This document shows, in pieces, positions 11,346-24,995 of a DNA stretch of 64,000 bases. Location: NCBI RefSeq assembly GCF_009914755.1, contig NC_060927.1. One strand, written 5' to 3'. The DNA comes from the human T2T-CHM13v2.0 reference genome, Homo sapiens. Both the position numbers and the translations under genes were made by a program. The notes below the pieces were generated by a model. It did no database searches, was not told the DNA's origin, and worked only from the letters and a program-made list of their open reading frames with translations. Position 1 is the first letter of the stretch. Every line of letters begins with the position of its first letter.

Positions 11346-13300
11346 GCACTGGAGCAAAAATGAACAGATCACAAGAGAAATGATTGGTAAATCTGACACA
11401 TGAAAATTAAAAACTTGTATGTAAAAAAAGACACTGTAAACTAAGTTAAAAAATGACGACAAAAGGGAAAAAGATATTTCAAGACTTATAAGAAAAAGCA
11501 TTCCTATCTAGAAACTGTAAACTCCTACAAGTCAATAAGAAGACAACGCAATTAAAAAATGGGCAAATAATATGAACAGGTAATTCACAGATGAGAAAAC
11601 TCAAATAAACATATTAAAAGATGTCCAACCTCACTAGGAATGTGGGGAATTCAAACTAAAACAACAATGACCACATTTTATACTTCAAAATTTACAAGTC
11701 TATTAATACCAGGTTTTAGCTTGTAGAGAAAGAGGGAATTTTCATAAACTTCTGGCAGAAGTATAAATTGGTAAAACCACTTGGGAAAGCAATTTGGTAA
11801 CACTTGGTAAAGAAAATAAACCTATCCACATTCAGGTATATTCCTTGACTTTTGCACATATGCATAAGGAGACATTATAAAGGTATTCATTACAGCAATG
11901 GAAACAACTAGATGAATGGCCACATAAATGACAAAATCCTATATGGTATCTAAAATGAATAAATATACCCAATACATATCAAAATATGATGTTCAGTGAA
12001 GAGCAAGTTTCACAATGTTTATTATTCAACTTGTATAAAAATATTAAGATATAGTTTATGCAGAAAAATATACAAATATGGACAGGAAAGATATAAGCCA
12101 TCATCAGAATAGAGGTCATCTTTGGAGAGAGAAACATGGAGGGGATTGGAATAGGGGAAAGAAAAGAGGACATTCACTCTTCTCTGTAATATTTTATTTC
12201 ATAAAAACAATTGCTGAAGCAAGCATGGCAAAATTAACATCTATCATTTGGAGTAATGAGGACATAAATATATATTATATTATCTTCTGTATTTTTTCTG
12301 CTTATTTTAATCATTTCATAACTAAGCAATAAAATAATAGCTGTACACTTTAAAGATAAATTAACGATAGATGCTCAAAACTAAAAATTTGAACTACTTA
12401 AAATATTTTATTTTCCAAAATAACAATTGATAAAAATTTTTTTAAAATTAAAAAACTGATTTAAAAAATAAAAAAGCTAAACATTACATAGCAGGACTTA
12501 TAGAATATGGCCAATATGTTCTTTAGACAAAAATTGATTGTCTTTAATGCACTTACTTCAAGAGTTAATTCAGAATAATTCCTATAAAACCTGAGGCAAG
12601 TAGCTGAAGGAAATAACAAAGATGATTGTAGAAATCAATACTTTCAAAACTGGGTCTTTAGAAAAACAAAGAAAATAGAAAAATTTCTAGAACATTAAAG
12701 AGAACAAACAATAAAACCTAATAAGTGATATTAGAAATAAAAAAGGCATACCTACAGAAAGAAATAGAGAAGTAAAAATGAAAAGAGACTAATACACACA
12801 CTGGTATGTGAACACATTTGAAAACAAAAAAAGAAATAAATCTTCTTAAAAATATACATATAAAACTTAAGAAGAAATAGGAAACCCAAATAAAAGGCAA
12901 ACAAGGGAAAAATTAAGGATGGTATCAAAGGCTCTTGCATCGAATAGTATTATGAGTGAATTATTTAAGACGAAATACATATATATACCCACACATATAT
13001 ATATACACATATATACACACACACATATATATATACACACATATATATATATACATATATATATATGATTCCCCACCACAGAAAAATATGGAAAGCTACC
13101 CAGGTCATTTTCCAAAGCTAGCAAACCTTGAAATCTACATGTGTCAAAGATGGCATTAAAATGTTTCTATAGCTTTTTCTCACTTATAGGTATAGGGTGC
13201 ACTAAAAAAGAATAATTAGCAATAGAATTAGCCAATATATTAAAATAATTCATCCTATGATAACAGTATGTTAACTTATCAGTAGAGCCAATAAGAAAAA
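11346..13300 (+). mobile_element. Ancient, degraded L1ME-type fragments
   Basis: A-rich L1 ORF2/3' motifs such as aaaaaatgggcaaataatatgaacagg and gtataaattggtaaaaccacttgggaaagcaatttgg. Confidence 0.65.
12975..13066. repeat. (TA)n/(CA)n compound microsatellite
   Basis: Directly visible. Confidence 0.9.
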
Positions 13301-13344
13301 CACAGATGCAGCCTTAACAGGTCCTTAATCAGAGTTGGGATAAA

Positions 13345-15105
13345 TTTTTTTTAATTATTATTTTTTTAACCTTATTTTTTTTAAATTTTACTTTGAGTTC
13401 TAGGATACATGTGCAGAACATGCAGGTTTGTTACATAGGTATACATGTGCCATGGTGGTTTCCTGTAGCCATCAACCCATCATCTAGGTTTTAAGCTCCA
13501 CATGTATTAGGTATTTCTCCCACTGCTCTCCCTCCCCTTGCCCTCCACTCCCCAACAGGCCCCAGGGTGTGATGGTCCCCCACCGTGTCCATGTGTTCTC
13601 ATTGCCCAACTCCCGCTTATGAGTGAGGACATGAGGTGTTTGGTCTTCTGTTCCTGTGTTAGTTTGCTGAGGATGATGGTTTCCAGCTTCATCCATATCC
13701 CTGCAAAGGACATGAACTCATTCTTTTTATGGCTGCATAGTATTCCATGGCATATATGTGCCACATTTTCTTTATCCAGTCTATCATTGATGGGCATCTG
13801 GGTTGGTTCTAAGACTTTGCTATTGTAAATAGTGCTGCAATAAACATACGTGTGCATGTGTCTTTATAGTAGAATGATTTATAATCCTTTGGGTGTATAC
13901 GCAGTAATGGGATTGCTGGGTCAAATGGTATTTCTGGTTCTAGATTTTTGAGGAATCGCCACACTGTCTTCCACAATGGTTGAACTAATTTGCACTCCCA
14001 ATAACAGTGTAAAAACATTCCTATTTCTCTACAGCCTTGCCAGCATCTTTTGTTTCCTGACTTTTTAATAGTCGCCATTCTAACCGGCATGAGATGGTAT
14101 CTCATGGTGGTTTTGATTTGCATTTCTCTAATGACCAGTGACGATGAGCTTTTTTTCCATGTTTGTTGGCCAGATAGATGTCGTATTTTGAGAAGTATCT
14201 GTTCATATCCTTTGCCCACTTTTTGATGGAGTTGTTTGTTTGTTTTTCGTGTAAACTTGTTTAAGCTCCTTGTAGATTCTGGATATTTGACCTTCGTCAG
14301 ATGGATAGATTGCAAAAATTTTCTCCCATTCTGTAGGTTTCTTGTTCACTCTGATGGTAGTTTCTTTTGCTGAGCAGAAGCTCTTTAGTTTAATTAGAAC
14401 CCATTTGTCAATTTTGGCTTTGTTGTAATTGCTTTTGGTGTTTTAGCCATGAAGACTTTGCATATGCCTATGTCCTGAATGGTATTGCCTAGGTTTCCTG
14501 GAAGGGTTTTTATGGTTTTAGGTTTTACGTTTAACTCTTTAATCCATCTTGAGTTAATTTTTGTATAAGGTGTAAGGAAGGGATCCAGTTTCAGTTTTCG
14601 GCATATGGCTAGCCAGTTTTCCCAACACCATTTATTAAATAGGGAATCCTTTCCCCATTGCTTATTTTTGTCAGGTTTGTCAAAGATCAGATGGTTGTAG
14701 ATGCTTGGTGTTATTTCTGAGGGCTCTGTTCTGTTCCATTGGTCTATATATCTGGTTTTGGTACCAGTATCATGCTGTTTTGGCTACTGTAGCCTTGTAA
14801 TATAGCTTGAAGTCAGGTAGCATGAAGCTTTGTTATTTTTGCTTAGAATTGTCTTGGATATATGGGCTTTTTTTTTGGTTCCATATGAAATTTAAAGTAG
14901 TTTTTTCTAATTCTGTGAAGAAAGTCAAAGGTAGCTTGATGGGAATAGCATTGAATCTGTAAATTACTTTGGGCAGTATGGCCATTTTCATGATTCTTCC
15001 TATCCATGTTTTTCCATTTGTTCGTGTCCTCTCTTATTCCTTGAGTAGTGGTTTGTAGTTCTCCTTGAAGAGGTCCTTCATGCGCCTTGTAAGTTGTATT
15101 CCTAG
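13345..15105 (-). mobile_element. 5'-truncated L1PA (L1PA7/8-like), ~1.75 kb
   Basis: ORF2 C-terminal peptide ([13 protein letters not shown]...WECKLVQPLWKTVWRFL...MFIAALFTIAK), L1PA 3' UTR, and T-rich tail at left. Confidence 0.95.
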
Positions 15106-15280
15106 GAATACAGCGTTGCTTTTATTGTTAATGGGATGGATAGATGGATAGTGTGTGAGATTTGTCTTTTTCTTTTTAAATTATATTTTCTGATTGATAC
15201 ATTGAAAAGCTACTAGGGTGTGTGTGTTTAATTCGAACAGACTTTTAATTGACTCTATGGGGTTTTTAAAATAAAATTTT

Positions 15281-15487
15281 CCTGGGCTCAAGTGATCCTC
15301 TTACTTCAGCCTCCCCAGTAGCTGGGACTACAGTTGCGTACCCCAGTCCAGCTATTTTTCGTGTGTGTTTCATGATGGGGTTTTGCCATATTACCAAGAC
15401 TTGTCTCAAACTCCAGGGCTCAAGTAATCCTCCCACCTTGGCCTCCCAAAATGTCAGAATTATAGGTGTGAGCCAATGAGCCTGGCC
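15281..15487 (-). mobile_element. Partial AluJ
   Basis: cctgggctcaagtgatcctc...tataggtgtgagccaatgagcctggcc. Confidence 0.85.
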
Positions 15488-15727
15488 CAATATTATTTCT
15501 GATAGCTTGGCCAGTCCATTGGAAGGAACCATTTGTTTCAACTTCTCAAAGCATTAGTGCCTTGGTGGACATAGCTTCCAGACCTTGCATTGGAATACTA
15601 GCAAAGTCTAAGAGGGATTCAGTCTTTAATTTCATAATATAACAGCCTGATAATTCTGTATATAGGAGCCATGTAGATGAGATACTTTTTTAGAACCTAT
15701 ACTTACTCAGTGTATTATGTTTCTGTT

Positions 15728-16590
15728 ACAATAGCTTTTTTGAGAAATAATTCCTGTATCATACAAAATTCACTATTTAAAGTGTGTAATTCAGGAGTTT
15801 TTAATATATTCATGGAGTCGTACAAGCACTATCTAATTCCAGAACATTTTCATCACTCCTAAAAAACCCATACCCATTAGCAGTAATTCCCCTCTTTCCT
15901 TCCCCCAGCCCCTAGTAACCACTAATCCAGTCTCTGTCTCTACTGATTTGTCTATTCTGGGCATTTTATATAAATGGAATCATACAGTATTTGTCCTTTT
16001 GTGACTAGCTTTTTTTCACTTAGCATAATGTTTTCAAGGTTCATCCATGTGGTAGCATGTATCATTACTTCATTATTTTCTATTGTCAAATAAGATTCTA
16101 TTGCATGAATATATAATATTTTGTTTGCACATATTATATTTTGCTTATTCATTTATCAGATGGAGGTCACTTCAATTATTTCCACTTTTATGGCCATATG
16201 CTGCCATGAATATTTATGTATAAATTTTTATGTAGACATATGTTTTCACTTATCTTGGGCATAAACCAAATAGTTAATTTACAAGTTCTAGTGTAATTTT
16301 ATGTTTAACATTTTTGGGAGCTCCAAAACTGTTTTTTTAAAGTGACTGTGTAAGTTGGGCATGGTGGCTCATGCCTGTAATCCCAGTGCTTCAGAAGGAT
16401 CACTTCAGGCCAGGAGTTTGATACCTGCCTAGGCAACATAGCTAGAGCCTTCTCTACAATACATAGATACATACAAAGTGACTGTGCCATTTTATAATTC
16501 ATCTAGCAATGTATGAGGGTGACAGTTTCTCCACATTCTTGTCAACATTTGTTATAGCTCTTCTTTTTAAATTTTAGACATTTTAGTGGG
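15728..16590 (-). mobile_element. L1MB-type 3' region, interrupted by a FLAM
   Basis: Peptide HATTWMNLENIMLSE and L1MB-like 3' UTR sequence. Confidence 0.8.
16353..16474 (+). mobile_element. FLAM / Alu monomer
   Basis: Alu left-arm sequence flanked by TSD aaagtgactgtg (16339-16350 and 16475-16486). Confidence 0.85.
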
Positions 16591-17670
16591 TCTGAGAGAA
16601 ATAATACACTGTATTATTTTTATTCTTTTGAAATTGTTAAGGTATGTTTTATGGCAGAGAATGTGGTCTACCTTAGTGAATGTTCCATATGAGCTTGAGA
16701 AGAATGCACATTCTGTTGTTGAAGTAATGTAGAGATGTCAATTATATTCAGTTAATTGATGATGTTTTTGAGTTCAACTATGATGTTTTTGAGTGCATGC
16801 GTCCTTACTGATTTTCTGTCTGCAAGATCTGTTCATTTCTGAAAGAGGGGTGTTGAAGTTACCCAACTATAATAGTGGATTCTTCTACTTCTTTCTGCAG
16901 AGCTATCGGTTTTATCTCATATTTTCATGCTCTGTTGTTAGGCATGTGCACATTATGGATAGTTATGTCTTTTTGGAGAACTGATCCATATCACTATGTA
17001 ATGCCCCTCATTCTCCTTGATAACTTTTCTTGCATTGAAATTTTCTCTGTCTGAAATTAGTTTAGCTTGATTAACATTAGCATGGCATATCTTTCTGTAT
17101 CACTTTACTTTTAATCCATATGTGTATATTTCAAGTGAGTTTCTGGTAGACAACATATAGTTGGGTCTTGTTTTTTGATCCACACTGACTGTCTTAACCG
17201 GTATATTTGTACCATTAATGTTTGAAATGATTATTAATATCTATCACATTTTTTTTACTATTTTCTATTCATTGCTCTTGTCCTTTATTTCTATTTTTGT
17301 CTTCCAACCTTTGTTTCTATTTTTGTCTTCCAATCTTTTTCTTCCTTTTGTGGTTTTAATTGATGATTTTATTTGATTCTACTTTTTTGTTAGCATATCA
17401 ATTATATTTTTTAAAAGTCTTTTAGTTACCCTAGAGTTGTAATATGCATTTATGATTAATTCAAGTCCACATTCAGATAACTCCATGCTACTTCATGGGT
17501 GGTGCAAGTACTTTATAATAAAAAGGATTCCTAATTTCTCCTTCCCACCCCATGCATTATTGCTGTCATTCATTTCACTTGTACATAAACTATAATAATT
17601 GAATATATTGTTGCTATCATTATTTTGGCCAAAGTTTTAATTGTTAGGTAATTAAGAGTAAGAGAAACAA

Positions 17671-17966
17671 GGCCAGGCTGTGTGGCTCATGCTTGTAATC
17701 TCAGCACTTTGGGAGGCTGAGGCAGGAGGATTGCTTGAGGCCAGAAGTTTGAGACCAGTCTTAGCAATATAATGAGACCTACTCTCTACTAAAAAATAAA
17801 AACATTAGCTGGGTGTGGAGGCATGTGTCTGTAGTCCCAGCTACTTGGGAGGCTGTGGCAGGAGGATTGCTTGAGCCCAAGAGTTCAAGGTTGCAGTGAG
17901 CTATGATCATATAACTCCAGCCTGGGCAATGGAGTGAGACCCTGTCTCAAAAACAACAACAAAAAA
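17671..17966 (+). mobile_element. AluJ, full length
   Basis: Alu dimer with J-type ggaggattgcttgagccc and an A/CAA tail. Confidence 0.93.
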
Positions 17967-19552
17967 GGAAACCAAAAGTTTTTGTTTCATGTTCACTTAT
18001 TTCATCTCTAATGCTCTTCTTTTCTTTATGTAGATCTGAGTTTCTGACTTCCATCATTTTCCTTCTCCCTGAAGAACTTCTGTTAACATTTCTTGCAAGA
18101 CAGATCTACTGGCAACAAATTCCCTACATTTTTTGTTAATCTGAGAAAGTGTAATTTCTCTTTCACTGTTAAAGGATAATTTTGCAGGATACAGAGTTCT
18201 AGGTTTGTAGGTTTTTTTCCTCTCAAAAATTTAAATATTTCACTTCACTCTCTTCTTATTTGCATGGCTTCTAAAAAGAAATTGTATGTAATTTGTATCT
18301 TTGCTCCTTTTTAAGGAGTTTTTTTTTCTTCTGGATTATTTTAATTTTTTTATTTTTGACTTTCTGCAACTTGAATATGATACGCCTAGTTACAGTTTTT
18401 TCTTGTTTCTTTTTCTTTCTTTTTTTTTTTGCATTCATTCTGTTTGGTGTTCTCTGAGTTTCCTAGATCTGTGTGGCATCTGACATTAATTTGGGAAACT
18501 CTCCGTCATTATTGCTTCAAATATTTATTTCTTGGTTTCTTTCTGCTTCTTTTCTTCTTCTGTTATTCCTATTATGTGTATGTTACTCATTCCGTTAAGT
18601 GTCCTCTAGTTCTTGGATATTCAGCTACATTTTTTAACTGTTTTTCTCTTTGCTTTTCAGAAATTTTTATTGACATATCTTCAAGCTCAGAGATTCTTTC
18701 CTCAGCCATGTCCAGTCTACTACTGAGCAACCAAACTAGCATTTCTTTCTGATTCTTTCTTTCCATCTCTCTAGTTAAATTACCCTTCTTTTCTTGCATG
18801 CTGCCTATTTATTCCATGAGAGCTCTTAGCATATTAATCATAGTTGTTTTAAATTCATGGTCTGATAATCAGAACATCTGTGCCATATCTGAGTCTGGTT
18901 CCAATGCTTGCGCTGTCTCTTCAAACTGTGTTTTTGTCTTTTTGTATGCCTTGTGATTATTTTGAAATAATATACTGAATATAATGTACTGGATAAAAGG
19001 AACTGCAATAAATAGGTATTTAGTAATGTGGGTGGTAAGGCATGGAGAGAGAGAAGTGTTCTGTTGTCTCATGATTAGGTCCCAGGCTTTTAGTTAGCCT
19101 GTGCCCCTTGGATGTGAATTTCACAGGTGCTTCTATGCTTTTTCTCCACTTTGGTGGGACAGGATGGTTAAAGTTGGATATTTCCCTTTCCTAAGGTCAG
19201 TTAATCTCTGGCAAACCTCATTAAATTAGACTCTGGTAAAATAGTTTTTCTTGAGGGCAGACCTTACTTAGAAGAACAGAAGGCTCTGGCTTATTTCAAA
19301 ATGGTTGCTTTCCCCCTCCCTCATGCTAATCTTCACTATGAGAATTTGGTACAGCTCCTGAAGGTAAAACTCACAAAAGTGTGGGACTCCATAAGACTGT
19401 GAAGTCCTGAAGTTATTAACTCTCAGACTTGTCCATACTGAGCCCCCAGCAATTTGACAATAATAGTTCAGGTTTTCCTACCCTGGCACTGGTTTCCATG
19501 GAAGTTTCTGGTTGTGGGTTTCTGCCCCAGTAAGTTGTGATTCTCTGTATAC

Positions 19553-19960
19553 ACCTCGGTCCATTTGTGTCACAATAAAGGAATACCTGAGGTTAGGTAA
19601 AATTTAAAAAGAGGTTTATTTGACTCATGGTTCTGCAGGCTGTACATGAAACATGGGGCCAGCATCTACTTCTGGTAATAGACTTAGGCTGCTTTTCTTC
19701 ATGGCAGAAGGTGAAAGGGAGCTGGCATGTGCAGATATCTTGTGGCAAGAGAGAGCAAAGAGGTTACAGGCTCTTTATAACAACTAGCTCTCACAGGAAC
19801 TAATAGAGCAAGAACTCACTTATTACCATGAGGATGGCACCAAGACATTCATGAGGGATCTGTCCCTGCTAACCCAAACGCCACCAATTAGGGGCTACCT
19901 TCAACACTGGGATCAAATTTTGACATGAGATTTTGGGGAACAAGCATCCAAACTACAGCA
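19553..19960 (-). mobile_element. MaLR solo LTR (MSTB-like)
   Basis: aaggaatacctgagg...catggttctgcaggctgtaca...gacatgagattttggggaacaagcatccaaactacagca. Confidence 0.85.
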
Positions 19961-20671
19961 CCACAGGTCTGTCTTTCCCATTTTGTGGGCAGTAGTTTGC
20001 CCTGTGATCTCAATTCTCTGCTGTATCTAAGAAGAGTTGTTGATTTTTAATTTGTGCAGCTTTTTATTAGTTAGGTTGAAGTGATGAGTTTCAAGCCCCT
20101 TATCTGCCAGACTGAAAACCCAAAGTAACCAGAGAAAATTTTAGCCTCTGATACCTACAGCTGCCGCAAACAGTAAATACATCCTAACTCAGATTAATAT
20201 AAAGCCACACACAAAAAGCCTCTTCATCTCAGTTCCTTTTACCAGATATATCATGTCTGCCTTTTAACAACAACAACAACAAAAAAGCATGTTAAAAATG
20301 TAATGTCACATTTCTATCAATGAGATTCTTTCTCCACTTTTAGGGTTTGTTGCTGTTTACCGTCATTGTTGTTGCCATTTACTTGTTTTGTGACTTTCCC
20401 AGTCAATTTATGCAAATTCTGTAATTTTAGTCATGTGAAGTCACTGAAGATTGTGTTTGTGTAGTTTAGTGATTAGGTAATGATTAAACAGAGATTTCCT
20501 TAAGTGCTTTGAAAGAGTAAGTCTTTTGGCTTCTGCAATTGGGTTCTTTGTGTGTATTGCAGCATGCCTTTAATCCTCAGGCTGACAGCTTGAAACTCTG
20601 CCTTAGTCTTCACTTCCTGCTTACATAGAGCCCATGGTCAGCCCCAGGTGACAGAAAATGGCTTTCTTGGG

Positions 20672-21783
20672 TGTTGCAGGAAGTCAGGAACCCTGAACGG
20701 TGGGACCTGCTGAAGCCATGGCAGAAGAACATAAATCGTGAAGATTTCATGGACATTTATTAGTTCCCCAAATTAATACTTTTATAATTTCTTATGCCTG
20801 TCTTTACTGCAATCTCTGAACATAAATTGTGAAGATTTTGTGGATACTTATCACTTCCCTAATCAATACCCTTGTGGTTTCCTATGCCTGTCTTTACTTT
20901 AATCTCTTAATCCCATCATCTTCGTAAACTGAGGAGGATGTATGTTGCCTCAGGACCCTGTGATGACTGCGTTAACTGCACAAACTATTTGTAGAGCATG
21001 TGTGTTTGAACAATATGAATTCTGGGCACCCTGAAAAAAGAACAGGATAACAGCAATATTCAGGGAACAAGAGAGATAACCTTAAACTCTGACCGCCGGT
21101 GAGCCAGGTGGAACAAAGCCATATTTCTCGTCTTTCAAAAGCAAATGGGAGAAATATCGCTGAATTCTTTTTCTCAGCAAGGAACATCCCTGAGAAAGAG
21201 AATGCATCCCTGAGGGTAGGCCTCTAAAATGGCCGCTCTGTGGGGTGGCCATCTTTTACGGTTGAAGCTGTAGGGATGAAATAAGCCCCAATCTCCTGTA
21301 GCACTCCCAGGCTTATTAGGACAAGGAAATTCCCGCCTAATACATTTTGGTCAGACCGGTTGTCTGCTCTCAAACCCTGTCTCCTGATAAGATGTTATCA
21401 ATGACAATGCGTGCCGAAACTTCATTAGCAATTTTAATTTCGCCCTGGTCCTGTAGTCCTGTGATCTTGCCCTGCCTCCATTTGCCTTGTGATATTCTAT
21501 TACCTTGTGAAGCATGTGATCTCTGTGACCCACACCCTATTCGTACACTCACTCAACTTTTGAAAATCACTAATAAAAACTTTCTGGTTTTACGGCTCAG
21601 GGGGCATCACGGAACCTGCCGACATGTGATGTCTCCCCCAGACGCCCAGCTTTAAAATTTCTCTCTTTTGTACTCTGTTCCTTTATTTCTCAGACCGGCT
21701 GACACTTAGGGAAAATAGAAAAGAACCTACGTGAAATATCAGGGGTGAATTTCTCCCAATATCTGGCTGAATTTCCCCCAATA
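20672..21783 (+). mobile_element. MER11 solo LTR (HERV-K11/HML-8; MER11B-like), 1112 bp
   Basis: Begins TGTTGCAGGAAGTCAGG, ends ...GAATTTCCCCCAATA; perfect 6-bp TSD cttggg at 20666-20671 and 21784-21789. Confidence 0.95.
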
Positions 21784-23477
21784 CTTGGGTCTTTCCTGAA
21801 CACACACAGAGCCCTGCGTAGGCTCATGTGCATCTAGATTCCCAAGAAAATGTTTGAGATTTTCAAAGCCCCCTAGGGATACCTAATTCCCAAGTTTTCG
21901 CCTTTAAGTATTTTTGTCAGGCTCATTAGCCTCAGCTGATATCATCACCTCACACAAGTATGATGTTAAACAATTGCTGCTAATTTTTTATTTTCATAAT
22001 CAATGCCTTGGTGATGGGGCTGTTCCCACACAGTGAACTCTGAATCAAGTCAAATAAATACAAGCCCTAATAATAGAGCATCTCCAGGGAGCTTTCAAAC
22101 AAGCCAGATAGTGACAATTCTCTGGGGATGATGCTTTGTAGGGGGCTCTGAACGTCTTCTGCCTCCTCCAAAGGCTGCTAGGCTGCTGGTTTTCATACCT
22201 GCTGTGGTTGGGAGGCTGTTATTTTTCAAGGCTATGGCAGCACTGGGGAGATGGGGATGGGAACAAGAGGAGAGAAAGTCATGAAGTTTGTAGTTCTTAC
22301 TGAGATTCAGCCATTTTCTTGAATAAATACATACATAGCCAAAGAACTGTTGTAAGCCTTTGATTAATGCCCAGAGTTCTGAAACGTTGATTTTCATGAT
22401 TTTTGCCAGTGTTCTCATTGCTTTTGTGGAGGAGTTGATTTCCTGAGGTCCTTATTCCAGCATTCTAGAAGTGCTTTTCCTGTTTTGTGCTAATGGCATC
22501 TATTTTGGGGTGATTAATTCACCTCCATTCGAAACTCTCCCAGTCATGATGAGAGCTACTTGATAGGAAAGCACTGATGAGAATCATCTTGCTGGAAATG
22601 TTTTACTATCCCTACCTGATGCTCTATTTCTCTTCGTGTCTCTTTTCTTAAATGTAGCTAAACATAGATAACAAATAAAAGAAACTTTGTCAGGATACAA
22701 GAGCACGAATGCTAGATCAGTTAACCAGAAACTCCCAAGGATGAAACCAGCCAGCTCTTCGGGTCTAAAAAATTGAAATGATTCAATTGTTATCACTTTC
22801 AGGTAGATATAGTTTTCCTTCTAAAAAGCATTTAAAGTGAAAATACCATGTTACTTTTGAAAATGGAAGTCATTGCAAGATCACATGTTTCAGAGTGAGG
22901 GTAAAGTAACTGTTTTTGGTTCTTCTTTATGTAAAAACATTCAATAGTTATGTATATTTTTCCTTAAAATAGTAAGATATGAACATAAGATTTTTGACTT
23001 TAGGTTGATGCTCTGTTAATAATATAAACAAACATTTTTAAGAACGTTTTAAATCCAGATTTAAGGAAGTTAATTATATTAAAAGTGGTAATAATAATTT
23101 AGCAATGTTTTAATAGAAAAATAATTATTGAGTAGTATTTCCTGTCATTTAAGATAGTCAATATTGTCATAAAGTTTGGAGATTATGGATACTTTATGTT
23201 ATATTTGGCACCATGGTTATTACATAAGACACTTCCTATTTATAAACTAGGAGCAAAGGGAGGTGATGTAATTAAGTGTCTAAATTAATTCTATAGAACA
23301 ACTAAATTCAGACCGTAACAATTTAGAATGTCATTATTCTCATAAGAATGAGCCAAAGTTTATCATTACTCTCTTTATATTTCTTTTAAAATTGTTTGCA
23401 GAGCAAATTAATTGAATAAGTAAATTCTCAGGAACAAACTGTAAAAGATATGCACACACAAATTATTAATATATTTA

Positions 23478-23768
<291 letters not shown>

Positions 23769-23864
23769 TGACTTATTAATTTAGATTATTATTAATTATC
23801 TTTCAAAGCAGGCCACTTTTCCATTTGGAAACACTTTAATAACATGTATCAAGATATGTATTGG

Positions 23865-24400
23865 TCACTCATCTCTTCATTAAACATTTATTTCATGCCA
23901 ATCGATGTGCTAGATGCTGACAATGAAAAGGTAGACAAGGCTCTCATGGAATGTGGTAGAAGATCCAGCTCTCCTCCTGACTCCATCCTCTCTGAAGTTG
24001 ACAGAAATAAAGTTGAAGCAATTTGAGATAAGTGCTACACAGGAACCGGAAGAGCCTGAGACATAAGAAAAGAGCATGGAGGAAAAGAACCTACTATATA
24101 TAGTACAGGCATGGGAAACCTCTCTGATGAGGAGCTCTAAAGGATAACACATTCTAGGTGATTCAGAGAATCATGTTAAGTAGAGGAACAGCATGAGCAA
24201 AGTCCTGAGGCTGGAAAGAACTTGGAGTATTTAATGAATGAAAAAAGTCAATGATGCATAATAAGAAATTGAGAGTAGAAGGAAGTGAGAAGGGTGGGTG
24301 TAGTGAGATGAAGTTGGGGAACAAGGCAAGGTCCAGATCAAGCGAGGCCTCCATAGGTCAAACTCTGGATGAAGTTTTGGGTTTTCCTTTCAAGGACACA
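23865..24400 (-). mobile_element. L2 fragments
   Basis: cattaaacatttatt...gtgctagatgctg and gaggaacagcatgagcaaagtcctgaggctggaaagaacttgg match typical L2 3' sequence. Confidence 0.65.
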
Positions 24401-24737
24401 GGACCTATGCTTATTCAGCAAATAAAGCAGGAACATTTGGGGTTAAATGATAGCATAGACAATGCTTAGAGGTTGTTTCCTTGGAAAATAAAACAAACAC
24501 ATTGCTTCCAGAAGAATTTCTGTCAGGAAAAAGACAAATTTTCAATCTCTCTTTTGGTTATGTGGGTACCATAAATTAATTTAGGAAGCTGCCAGAGCTC
24601 TAACAACACTAGAAACATTTTCAGGTATCTGTGGTAGTTCAAAGGCCTTCCAACTCAGGTCCTCATGGGCTAGAACATTTTGGATAGTTTAATAATGAGG
24701 TAAGACAGTTTTAGGCTGAAAATCAAATCAGGTCTTA

Positions 24738-24995
24738 ATAATAATTGCTAACATTTATTGAGGACTTACTACATATCAAGCACTATTATCAGTGCTTCAT
24801 GTGAATTAACTCATGTAATCTCCATAACCCTATGTAATTATTATTATTATCCTCATTTTTAATATGTGGAAACTAAGGCAAAAAGAAGTTAGGTAACTTT
24901 CTCAGGGCTGTGCATTTGGAAAGTGATAGAATTAGGATTTGAACCTAGGTAATCTGGTATCAGAGGCCACGCAGTGTCCACCGCACCTCACTGCC
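24738..24995 (-). mobile_element. MIR
   Basis: aacatttattgaggacttact...ggaaactaaggc...aggatttgaacctagg. Confidence 0.85.

Larger units (their letters stand above)
16600..22480 (-). mobile_element. Ancient L1M fragments (ORF2 start, ORF1, 5' UTR), interrupted by AluJ, MST and MER11
   Basis: ORF1 peptide SRLDMAEERISELEDMSIKISE at 18587-18799; endonuclease-region sequence at 16600-17200. Confidence 0.75.
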
